This document shows, one piece after another, positions 25,438 to 37,071 of a DNA stretch of 64,000 nt. A program made the position numbers and the translations under genes. Source of the stretch: Oikopleura dioica (lineage: Eukaryota > Animalia > Chordata); contig OU015567.1 in the NCBI GenBank assembly GCA_907165135.1, positions 11,718,001 to 11,782,000 of the forward strand, given 5' to 3'. A model generated the notes under the pieces. That model had not been told where the DNA came from. It searched no databases and saw only the letters and a list, made by a program, of their open reading frames with translations. How positions within the stretch are numbered: position 1 is the first letter of the stretch; each line of letters starts with the position of its first letter.

Positions 25438-27650
25438 ACCCACCAAGTTGTCTGGTTCACATGCAAGTTCAACATTCAGTTAAGTCACCATTTTCTTCCC
25501 TTTAATTCCTGTACCCACTCATCGAACTGCCACCTTTCAACATGCCGCAATTATTTAATACTGACGAATTAACTCAATAAAAATTGATATTCTACTCAAA
25601 CCCATCTGATGTCAAAAAGAGAATGAACCTTGATTCAAAATGCAAATACAGCTTTATAAATGTTTTATGCATAAAAAGCGTCAACGCCGAAAATCGTTGT
25701 ACTTTGATAACAATTTTTGATATTTATTGAAAGTCAGTTATCGCTCGTTTGCTCAGTGGAAACTATTGCGGTCCGTGTTGGGCGCCGTCCAGTTTTACCT
25801 TGCCTAAGATTTCCGGGCAGCAAATTTTAATACGGTTTTTTATTAAAGAGAATTGCTGAGATTCAACTTGCTATAATTTCTGTCTAGCAGCTTTACAACC
25901 GGAATATACGATCGTTATAATCAAATGACTTTTAGTTAACGATCATTGCTTCTCTAAAACCGCGTACTTATCGTTTCTATTAGAGAACCACGGCACATAG
26001 TTCAAATCTCTTACAAGCATACAAACAGTTATTATTTGTTATTTTTCAAAAGCTATGCCGCTGCTTGTCTATCCATCAAGTTTCCATAAAAATGCCGAGA
26101 AGTGATGTTTACACAATCGAATGCAATCGAAGTTTGAGTTTCCACTTTGGCTGAAGGTCACCGAGAAAATATCTAATGGCGAGGAAAATGAGGAGGGGAT
26201 TTTGAGACACCACAATTTGAAGAGCGATAAATTCTAAAATACCAAGAGTAGCCACTCTCAATCAGCGGGGAGCAACCCTAGTTCGCGAGAGAAAGAGAGA
26301 AAGGGATCAAAGTTTCCGGGAATAACAGCTGCTGATCGGTTTGAATTCAATTATTCTGTTGGAAATTATTGATTATTGAATGATAGTTATTTACTTCAAT
26401 TCTTAAAGTTTATTATTTCCTTGGCAGTAATTAAGAGTCTGCAATATCAAAATGATGATCAATCAATGCTCAATTGGAGATTTCAATTAAAACCGCCATT
26501 TTCTTTAACCGCGGTGGAATTGTTAAGCCGGGCATTGTCTCCTAGACGTCGTATTGATTGAAGGGCTTTGAGGCACAATAGACCCTGAAAAAATTCCGAG
26601 GTCCGTGAAAGTCGCTTTTGAAAACAACGACCAAATAATTTTAAAGTTTTTTGCGCTCGCTTGAGAAGATGGCATTTCAACAGGGCTTTTAAAAGTAAAC
26701 CGGAATAACCTCAGAAAGGTTAGACAAGTGTCTGCGTCCCTCAAGACTACTGATAGCTGAGAATGCACTCGTTAGAATTAAAGTGATTAATTGGATTATT
26801 TTCACTGTGCTGAATTGCCCCTGTCCGTAAGTAGTCGAATCCCTCAGAGACTAAGAGATTATTAGTACAAAGCAATTTCAAAAGTAAGACGACGTTCTGT
26901 CAGAATTAGCCAATTTCGTCTAGTTTCTACAGCGGCGAAGATAATTAGCGGCCGATCTTTAAACTTAATGCCTCACAAATTGAGCATTTTCGAAAACTCA
27001 CATTACTCCAAATCTTGAATCTCCCCTAGGGCGGTGGTGCACCCAATCCTCGACCGATCGAGTTCCGATAAAATTTTATAATTCCCCTTTTTGTGACCTC
27101 TTTGATTCGCCGCCATAGTGGAAACCGAACAATTTTTAAATCATTTTACGACGCTACAAGAGAGCTCTGCTGAAAGAAGCGTTAAAAAGACGAGCGTTTT
27201 TACGTATCGCTCAATAACAAATGGACAAAGCAAACGGAAGATTAAACCAACAGTAGACAGATTCCTCGAGAGAAAAAAAAGAGAAGGAGAGAACCCAGTT
27301 TAATTATTCCTTTGAAACTAAATAGTATTCCAACTTGGCAATCATTTGAAAATGATGGCTCCTCCGCTAATTTAATTATTTTTTCAATTCAGCAAATGGC
27401 AGTGGCTCTAGGTTCAGCCTGTAACTTCTCCTCATTTCAGTATTTTTCTTCTACTCTCACGGGGGCGCTCCTCGGCTCCCCTTTTTCTTTTTGGGATTCA
27501 CGCTCTGTTGAGGCTGCCCATATTTAGCCAGGAGCAAGAAGCAAGAGCGAAATTGACGGACCTTTTCTTCAGAGATTGTTGCTCTTGAAATCGCGTTCGA
27601 GCTTGACGAAGTTTTTTTAAAGAAGAAATAAGAGAAATCCCAGAAGAAAA

Positions 27651-30600
27651 ATGGATGGAAATTCGTCCGTCCTGGACGATCCAGCGGCATATCCAACATG
27701 TGCGATGGGAATGATTCTTCCTCTCGTCGACGAATCAAATATGAGCATGAGTATAAGAATACTCATGTATCTCGTAGGAATGTGTCATAATGCAGCTCTT
27801 TTCTGATGACTCATCAGTGATGAGCAACGTTAATTTACGCGCGTTCCCATGAAATAGTTTGAAAACTGGACGTCCGTAAAATGGAGCTTTACTACTTTTT
27901 GTTTTGAGCTGTTATTGAGTAGAAAGAGTTCAGAACATTAATTTTACGATCTAATAAGAACCTTTACTCGACGATTTTAAGGACAAGAGTAATGTGAATA
28001 AGTAATGGTTTATTTTAGATTATTTAAATAATTTCTCAGGCTCATCGATCGCTGCATGTCCGGATTTGACAATGCATCATCTGTTGAACATATTCTCCCT
28101 GACGAGTAGAATTTTAACTTATGACACTTGACCAGGACTCTTTTGGTTTTTTGTTGGCGTCGCTATTGTAGCAGATATTTTTATGGTCAGTATTGAAGTT
28201 ATAACATCGAAAGGATAGGGTTTTATTTGTATTAATTTATACAAAAAACTATGATTGCAATTATTTCATTTAAAGCACAGCGGAGCAATAATTCAACCCG
28301 AAAATAAGAAACGCATATAACTGTCCTTGTTGATGGTCAGCCGGAAAAGCACAAAGTCCGGTTCTGGAACGCAACAGTGGCAAATCTAACCCTGATGGCA
28401 ATGGGTTCTTCTATGCCCGAAATCTTCCTCAATATCATCGAAATCGTCTTTAATAAATTCGAAACTGGTGCGCTCGGTCCAGGTAAAATACAGATTTCCG
28501 AAGAGAGATAAAGAAAGAGAACATCACAAAAGGAGAAATGAAAGATGAATAAGATGGTCAACCATCAACCAAATTATCGAATTTATTAAAAGCGAGCTTT
28601 ACAACATTAATGAGTCTGAAAGTTAGGATCATTTAATTCTAGCGTTGTTTATATAAAATTTAAACATTAAAAAAAAGCAGCTGTTAAATTAGAATTATGA
28701 ATCACCGCAAGAGAGCTTCTTATCAGCAACAAATACCATTTGAAGCGGAACTTTCTATCGCTAGTCAATATTTACTTGACGTAAGTTTTTGCCGGAATTT
28801 TTTGACTGCTTTCCATGATTTTATTTACCCAGCGATTGCAAAATAAAGTTGTAATTTTTACCAGTCCTTTTTGATATCAAGGAAGACTAATGCAAAAACT
28901 TAGGAACCATTGTTGGATCCGCTGCCTTCAATCTTATGGTCATCATTGGAGTCTGTACCTTTGGAATCCCAGATGGAGAGAGTATGTCGATGTCAGTCCG
29001 GCTGAATTTAATTCTAAATTTAAGAGCGAAGAATCGACAGATTCTACGTTTATGGCATTACAGCATTCTTCTCAATCTTTGCCTATGTCTGGCTTTTGAT
29101 TATTCTTCGATTCATCTCTCCTGGCGTTGTTGATCTTTGGGAAGCCTTAGTGACTCTGCTCATGTTTCCCCTTCTCGTCGGTGTTGCTTACTTGGCTGAC
29201 AGAAACATGCTTTGTGGACAAACCAGATCTGACGATGACGATGGTATGTTCCCAGTCCGATAAATAACCCTTAAAAATCACTTACCCGCGACTCAGCAAG
29301 CGTTGCAGCGTTGATAATGAATGTAAAATTGATTTTGCGCATTTATTCAGAGCTATTGTAGTGCTTTAACCTGTAAAAATTGAGCTACAGTTGTTTTCAA
29401 GCTGCAAGTGCAAATGCTCTAGCTCTTAAGCTTCTTGGTCGAAACCCAAATCTGTCAGCTTTACTGACTGTTCCAAATTGTAAAAGCTAAACGCGGCAGT
29501 GCTAAGGAAATATAAATCTATTAGAAAACCAAACATATGCTTTCACGGTGAAAATCCCCTTTGCCGAAGCCATGGTCAGATGGCTAATTAAAACAAAAAT
29601 GATTGAAGTGCTTGCAGTAGCTTTATATCTTTACTTCGTTGAGAAATATGTTAAAGGCTATTTTCAGAAGGACAGAAGCAAATCATGGAATACAATCCAG
29701 ACACTCCCGAGGGTATCGAACTTCTCGGAAAGAACCGACCCAATTCAATCGCACTTGTGGACGAATTCATGAAAGATTTCGAAGGCGATCCACTCACGAT
29801 CGACGAACAAGCTGCTGCTATCGCTGTTGCTTCGAAGATGCAAGGTAGTATCTGTGTCGTTCCGTCATCTCCATGTTCTTACTTCACCTACTGAAATCAT
29901 ATTCATATTCATAGCGTCATTAACATTGACTACAAGTAGCTATCGAAGGAAAATCTTTTACTTTGCCAATTTCAACTTTCTCAGATGGTATTTCATTATT
30001 CAGGCCCATCGCAAGGCCGATCACGAGCTTGGTACCGGGTTCAAGCCACACGAACACTCACCGCCGGCGCAAGAATTGAACCAAACAAAGCCCTCTCCAG
30101 AGTAAGCAAACGATCGCAATTTTATTAAAAAACACTAGAAATAACACGCATAGACTTGCTCTTTTAATAACCCACTCAGAATAATCAGTAGAAATATAGA
30201 CAGTTTCAAATGCTTTCATAAGGCATAATGACCGGAAAGAAGCATTCTAGTGCCAGCCTTCTAAAATCAAAACATAAAACTAAAATCAACATTTCAGGAC
30301 ACAGTAAGTCCCTGTTCACATTCAAAGCTTCACGGTAGACCAAGAACATATATCCTCGAATATTGAACTAGATCCGTTCCGTCTGATTGTATAAATATTT
30401 AACACTTCGCTTTCATTGAATCAATGAAAACTCAGCAGTAAAAAGGTGTATCTAACCGATGCCATTAATCGCATGGCGAGTACCAACTCTGCGCATGTGT
30501 AAATGTGATTTGCGGATAAATACCAATCTTGCCGTCCTCTGCCTTCTAAAAATAATACTCAACCTGGAGGAAAATAACGCAGCAGTTAATTTTGCGCAAT

Positions 30601-33600
30601 ATCAATAGCAAATTAATTCAATTCCGTTTGCTGAAATTTTTGAAAAGAGGATGAGTGAGCCACGTCAGCTTCCATCAACTATTGATAGTGCGTCAATTTA
30701 CTGCTCGGATATTTTTGAGGAAGAACCGAGTCAAAGTGGGAAATTCCACTTGACATTATTTTTGGAGCCCAACACTTTTGGAGGGAGGCGGAGCGACTGG
30801 CCGTCAATTTTTTAGTTTAATCATTAATTCACGTAGATGGCTCGTTCATTCTCCAACTTACCGACTAAGAACAACACTTCCGAATTCGCCATGTTCAACT
30901 TTGCCTGCACTTCTTCTTCGGTCATGGAGAACGCCAAACAGATCGAGCTCAAAGTCATGAGAAGCGGGAATGTTGAAATTCCAGCTAAGTGCAAGTAAGA
31001 AAATCGCTCAAATACTCAACATCGAAAATTATCGGCCGAGATCTCTCGCCGTAAACTAAACTCAACTCTTACTTTAACTTTTAAGAATTAAGTAAGTGAC
31101 CTGAACAAGATTATAAATACAGTTTTTTATGGAATTTCTGGACATCAAATTTCTGGACATTTTTCGAATTTTAAGGGGTTTAATTGGGACACTTTTAAAA
31201 AGCAAAAGTATCAAATTTCTGGACATTTTTTCTCAAAAAAGATTTTCGACTCCGAAATTTATAGTCAAATTTGAGTTATGAATCATAACTTATGATTCAT
31301 AACTTATGATTCATAAGTTATGAAAGGTTATTCTATTTACGAAGAAGACTTTTTCTTGTAGAATCTTAGTATTTTAAGCAAAATTCGCTGCTTCATCGCA
31401 CTTTATTATTGTTTTTAATCAATTTTTTGAAAAAAAAAACGTTTAATTTTCCTCCGTGAAAAATTTTAAGCAATTGTGGTGGGACATTTTTTTCAAGGTT
31501 ATGTATCAAATTTCTGGACATTTTTGTGAAAAGTGTGCGACAAAATATGTCCAGAAATTCCATAATTAACTGTACAGTATGCGTGTATTTTGTAGTTAAT
31601 CACTTTGCAAAGGGTCTAAATTAACTCGCAAATTGACTTGAATTTGCTCAGAGAATATGTCTTTCTTGTTGTATATTTCTATATGGGCCAAATTATTTGG
31701 AAACTCTGAAATTCAGATTATCTGAATTATAAACCAGATGTTCTTGGAATCAAATCATTTATTTAAATTCTAGCTATGAAACGATCGACGGCACAGCGAC
31801 GAAGGGAGAAGACTACGTTGAAAATAAGGGAGTTCTTGAATTCGGCCCAAGAGAGACGCAAAAATCTATAACTGTGGAAATTATTGATGACGACCAATGG
31901 GAGCCTGATGAGACCTTCTTTGTCAAACTTTTCCTGTTCGTAGTCCGACAAACTGAGTGTTTGGGCGATTAAATAATTATTCAGGGGCAACGCAGCAGAT
32001 CCACGAGTCAAGCTTGGTGACAGATCCATTAACCAAGTCACAATCATCAATGATGATGGTAAGATCAAACGATGACTAGCAACATTGAATATCACTTTTT
32101 GATACTCTTCCTTGTTTTCACAATAATTTTAAAGATCCTGGAACCTTCCAATTCAAAGAACCAGCATTCATGTGTAAAGAATCCCAAGGTGTCCTCAAGG
32201 TATCCTCAAAATCAAACAACGAGTGTCTACTAATATTCTATTCTAGCTTCCAGTGTGCCGAACTAATGGTGCTGATGGTACTGTATCTGTTGAATGGCAA
32301 TGTAAAGGCATCACCGCAACACATGTATTCTTGGCTGAACGTATTTTGGTACCCAACTGTTCTTTTTAGGGAAGCGACTTCAAGGAAGACCGCGGTACAC
32401 TCGTTTTTAACCATGGAGAGACTCAGAACGACATCGAGATCACCATCATCCAAACGCCAGACAAAGAGCCCGACGAGACCTTCAAAGTATCCATCGTCAA
32501 TGTTTCCAAGGGCGCTCAAATGGGTCACACGAGAGAAACGGTTGTCACAATTATCGGTGATGAAGAATATAAAAACTTGGTGAAGAGAGTTGCTGCTCAA
32601 ACTCACGTTGCACTGTCGAAGGTAAGTTTGCCCACAAGTCTCACTAGCCAAGTTTTCGGCTACATTTATATAGGATCAATAATTCTTTCTGACCCGTCCT
32701 TTTTTGCGGCCAGTTATTAAAATGCGGTATTCCTCGTATATTCGTCGTTGGCAAGAGTTCGAACTCGGAGCTCGTTATTTTTGTCCAGAAGTTAATATAC
32801 CGTTGTCTGGTTGAGCAGAAGTTGCTATACTCCTGAATAAATGAGCAAGACATGTGGTACATGTCGATAGGCCATCACGTTACCTATACTCGTTAAATAA
32901 TTGAAGGCCGGCCATATTAATTACTCATTTTGTTCTCTAGATGGAAATTGGCGGCGAATCCTGGTACGAGCAGTTCGTTCAAGCAATGAATGTCAATGGG
33001 GGCGATATCGAAAACGCCACAGGCTTTGATTACTTCATGCATCTCATTACCTTCGGCTTCAAGACGATCTTTGCCATCATTCCTCCTGCAAACATGGGCG
33101 GCGGTTTTCCTTGCTTCTTTGGCAGTCTTATTATGATTGGTTTAATGACAACGATTATTTCGGATTTCGCGAATATTTTCGGTTGTCTTGTTGGCCTTAA
33201 ACGCAGGGATTCTAATTCAAACACTTGAATATTTAAACGACTCTAAAAAGAGGTGGTAGATTCAAGAGGAATCTTCAACTTCGAGGAACATGATTATTTA
33301 GACGGACTACGTGGACATATTGTTTGCTATTTCAGCATTAACGAATATGCCAGAAGTTACAGTACTTTCGGATGTTCTAAATCCTCATACGACCATCAAT
33401 ATTAAAGATCTCGTGAATATCTGAATTGAATCCCCTATTCAAGCCGCCGTTAATTCTATCACCCTGGTTGCCCTCGGCACGTCCCTTCCAGATCTTTTTG
33501 CTTCCAAAATCGCTGCTACCAACGAGCCCAACGCCGATGATTCCGTTGGAAACGTGACTGGCTCGAATTCTGTCAATGTATTCCTTGGTCTTGGTTTGCC

Positions 33601-36600
33601 CTGGACGATGGCCGCTATTTACCATGCAAGCCAAGGGTATGTCCTTGCACTTCCACGTTTTATTAAAATATTAGTAGCGCTTAGGGAAGTTTCAGAATTC
33701 TGTGACATGGCAAAAAATTTTTTTTTGATTTTTCAAGTGGATTTTGTTAAGTGATAAAAAAGAAGCATTTTGATATAGATTTCATCGAATTTGAGTCAGT
33801 AAAATGAAAGTTATTGCTCATTTAGTGTCTAAAAATAGCAAAACTTTGCGCGCAGTTTCTGACTCATCCGTGCATGGAATTTCAAATTTCTTTGGATAAA
33901 TAAAACACTCCAGGCCTGAAATTCATGTGTTTTTAATTTTTGTTTTTGATTAGGGAATCGCCGGTAAAATGCATGTTTATTTGATGGTGTCTGGTGATTA
34001 AAAATCGGCTGAAATTTGAGACGAAAACAGGAACGCGCAGCGACAAAACGGCCTCGAAATCAGGCGCTTAAAATAAGGCTCATCCCATTTTCGAAATGGA
34101 AATTTCGGAAAGGAAAGGGCAGCGACTAAACGGGGTCGAAATACGGCACCGCAAAATAAGTTTGGCCCATTTTCATCATGAATATGATCTTGAGTCATAT
34201 CATCCATGTCTCCCCAATTTCGCCTTTTCCAAAAATGAAAAATCGGTCAATCCTAGGAGTTATCAAGTGTTAGACCCACCATTCGACTCGTCTCAACGCG
34301 CTGAACAAAACTGCGCTATCAGTTTTTCAACCTCTTCTTTTACAAATATAGAATCAGACCTTCCACGTCGACGAAAATCTCAATCAAGTTCTTGCCATCT
34401 GCCGAGCTCTGATCTCGCCCGATGAAAACTTTTGATAAAATAATGAAAACCAAAAATGGTTCGGCGCTACAATAGAGGATGCACCATATATGGTGTTCTT
34501 GGCGGGTACTCCAGCCCCGTTCCTTGACTTTTAATTTTAAGGGGCTTGACGGCCCTTCGGGCCGTTTCAGCCCCGTTCCTTGACTTTTAATTTTAAGGGG
34601 CTTGACGGCCCTTCGGGCCGTTTCAGCCCCATTCCTTGACTTTTAATTTTAAGGGGCTTGACGGCCCTTCGGGCCGTTTCAGCCCCATTCCTTGACTTTT
34701 AATTTTAAGGGGCTTGACGGCCCTTCGGGCCGTTTCAGCCCCATTCCTTGACTTTTAATTTTAAGGGGCTTTTAAGGGGCACCGAAGGGCCGTCAAGCCC
34801 CTTAAAATTAAAAGTCAAGGAACGGGGCTGAAACGGCCCGAAGGGCCGTCAAGCCCCTTAAAATTAAAAGTCAAGGAACGGGGCTGAAACGGCCCGAAGG
34901 GCCGTCAAGCCCCTTAAAATTAAAAGTCAAGGAACGGGGCTGAAACGGCCCGAAGGGCCGTCAAGCCCCTTAAAATTAAAAATCAAGGAACGGGGCTGAA
35001 ACGGCCCGAAGGGCCGTCAAGCCCCTTAAAATTAAAAGTCAAGGAACGGGGCTGAAACGGCCCGAAGGGCCGTCAAGCCCTTAAAATTAAAAGTCAAGGA
35101 ACGGGGCTGAAACGGCCCGAAGGGCCGTCAAGCCCCTTAAAATTAAAAGTCAAGGAATGGGGCTGAAACGGCCCGAAGGGCCGTCAAGCCCTTAAAATTA
35201 AAAGTCAAGGAATGGGGCTGAAACGGCCCGAAGGGCCGTCAAGCCCTTAAAATTAAAAGTCAAGGAATGGGGCTGAAACGGCCCGAAGGGCCGTCAAGCC
35301 CTTAAAATTAAAAGTCAAGGAACGGGGCTGAAACGGCCCGAAGGGCCGTCAAGCCCTTAAAATTAAAAGTCAAGGAATGGGGCTGAAACGGCCCGAAGGG
35401 CCGTCAAGCCCTTAAAATTAAAAGTCAAGGAATGGGGCTGAAACGGCCCGAAGGGCCGTCAAGCCCCTTAAAATTAAAAGTCAAGGAACGGGGCTGAAAC
35501 GGCCCGAAGGGCCGTCAAGCCCCTTAAAATTAAAAGTCAAGGAACGGGGCTGGAGTACCCGCCAAGAACACCATATATGGTGCATCCTCTATTGTAGCGC
35601 CGAACCATTTTTGGTTTTCATTATTTTATCAAAAGTTTTCATCGGGCGAGATCAGAGCTCGGCAGATGGCAAGAACTTGATTGAGATTTTCGTCGACGTG
35701 GAAGGTCTGATTCTATATTTGTAAAAGAAGAGGTTGAAAAACTGATAGCGCAGTTTTGTTCAGCGCGTTGAGACGAGTCGAATGGTGGGTCTAACACTTG
35801 ATAACTCCTAGGATTGACCGATTTTTCATTTTTTGGAAAAGGCGAAATTGGGGAGACATGGATGATATGACTCAAGATCATATTCATGATGAAAATGGGC
35901 CAAACTTATTTTGCGGTGCCGTATTTCGACCCCGTTTAGTCGCTGCCCTTTCCTTTCCGAAATTTCCATTTCGAAAATGGGATGAGCCTTATTTTAAGCG
36001 CCTGATTTCGAGGCCGTTTTGTCGCTGCGCGTTCCTGTTTTCGTCTCAAATTTCAGCCGATTTTTAATCACCAGACACCATCAAATAAACATGCATTTTA
36101 CCGGCGATTCCCTAATCAAAAACAAAAATTAAAAAAAACACATGAATTTCAGGCCTGGAGTGTTTTATTTATCCAAAGAAATTTGAAATTCCATGCACGG
36201 ATGAGTCAGAAACTGCGCGCAAAGTTTTGCTATTTTTAGACACTAAATGAGCAATAACTTTCATTTTACTGACTCAAATTCGATGAAATCTATATCAAAA
36301 TGCTTCTTTTTTATCACTTAACAAAATCCACTTGAAAAATCAAAAAAAAATTTTTTGCCATGTCACAGAATTCTGAAACTTCCCTTAGTAAAACGTGCTT
36401 CTTGAGAGCTCATCAAAGTAGATTGGGAGAAACAAAAAAGAATAAAATCATTAATTTTAGATCTGTCTTCCAAGTTCCCGCTGGTAGTTTGGCCTTTTCC
36501 GTCACAGTTTTCTCGATCTGTGCCGTCACAACCATTGGATTCCTTTTCGCAAGGCGGACACTGTCTTATTTCGGCAATGCCGAGTTAGGAGGCCCCAATA

Positions 36601-36698
36601 AACAGAAATGGGCATCCGGCATCTTCCTGATCACGCTGTGGCTATTCTACGTTCTGATGTCCACTCTCCAAGCCTACGATTTCATTCCTGGGTTCTAG
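27651..36698 (+). CDS. Sodium/calcium exchanger (SLC8/NCX family)
   Basis: GVAIVADIFMVSIEVITSK, alpha-1 repeat WNATVANLTLMAMGSSMPE, two Calx-beta domains (YETIDGTA, DDDQWEPDETFFV), alpha-2 repeat LVALGTSLPDLFASKIAA and GNVTGSNSVNVFLGLGLPW. Confidence 0.93.
31120..31572. mobile_element. 453-bp Tc1/mariner-type MITE in an NCX intron
   Basis: TA at 31118-31119 and 31573-31574. 26-bp TIR CAGTT(TT/AA)TTATGGAATTTCTGGACAT. Internal direct copies of ATCAAATTTCTGGACAT. Confidence 0.8.
33684..36384. mobile_element. 2701-bp foldback element with ~830-bp unique inverted arms plus inverted minisatellite arrays; PIF/Harbinger-like ends; non-autonomous
   Basis: Direct TTA at 33681-33683 and 36385-36387. 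Ends GGGAAGTTTCAG...CTGAAACTTCCC. Arms are reverse complements; the only differences seen by eye are homopolymer lengths. Lies in NCX intron 33637-36460. Confidence 0.9.
34512..35552. repeat. 56/55-bp GC-rich minisatellite in two head-to-head arrays (~4.6 copies forward, 14 copies reverse)
   Basis: Unit CAGCCCC(G/A)TTCCTTGACTTTTAATTTTAAGGGGCTTGACGGCCCTTCGGGCCGTTT starts at 34512, 34568, 34624, 34680 and 34736. Reverse-complement units run 34782-35552. Confidence 0.95.
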
Positions 36699-37071
36699 AA
36701 TACTTAAATTCACGAATCTTAAAATAATCAGTAAACAGTTTAAATCAGCATTTATGAGCGCTGTGATATCATGGCGAATTATTTTTTCTATAAATTTGGT
36801 ATCGTTTTTGATACCCTTAGATCTTGCATTCAAGTTCACATGACTGTTTTTGTAGATAAATACTGCCTTACCTCGAACAGAAGCTTCTATTTTCCTTGAA
36901 ATAAAACACGCATTCATTCAAAACAAATCTGACAAAAAAATAAACTTGTTCAAACGAACAAAATATAATCTTTTGTAGTTCTTCTTTGAGGTTGATATCA
37001 TATCTTTGATATGTATTGGATTATACAGTTTTCATAATACAGAAATTGAAGGTCAAAAAATAAATATCAAT

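Noticed and set aside
27803-27817. 15-bp palindrome CTGATGACTCATCAG (AP-1 core) in NCX intron 1
   Set aside because: Single occurrence with no supporting evidence; plausible by chance.
28390-28425. NCX alpha-1 signature GSSMPE instead of GSSAPE
   Set aside because: That position varies across the family (A/L/V); the ion-coordinating S, S and E are intact.
34079-34091. CTCATCCCATTTT resembles the 5' start of the O. dioica spliced leader as I recall it
   Set aside because: Only 13 nt match, similarity decays immediately, and no donor site or Sm site follows. The reference is from memory; a BLASTN against the SL RNA would settle it.
34512-35552. Tandem repeats as a CRISPR array
   Set aside because: Units are contiguous with no unique spacers, no cas genes are present, and the context is a eukaryotic intron.
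33998-36067. ORFs in the foldback arms (33998-34425, 35639-36067) as a transposase
   Set aside because: They are short mirror images produced by the palindrome, differ by homopolymer frameshifts, and show no DDE or Myb motifs.
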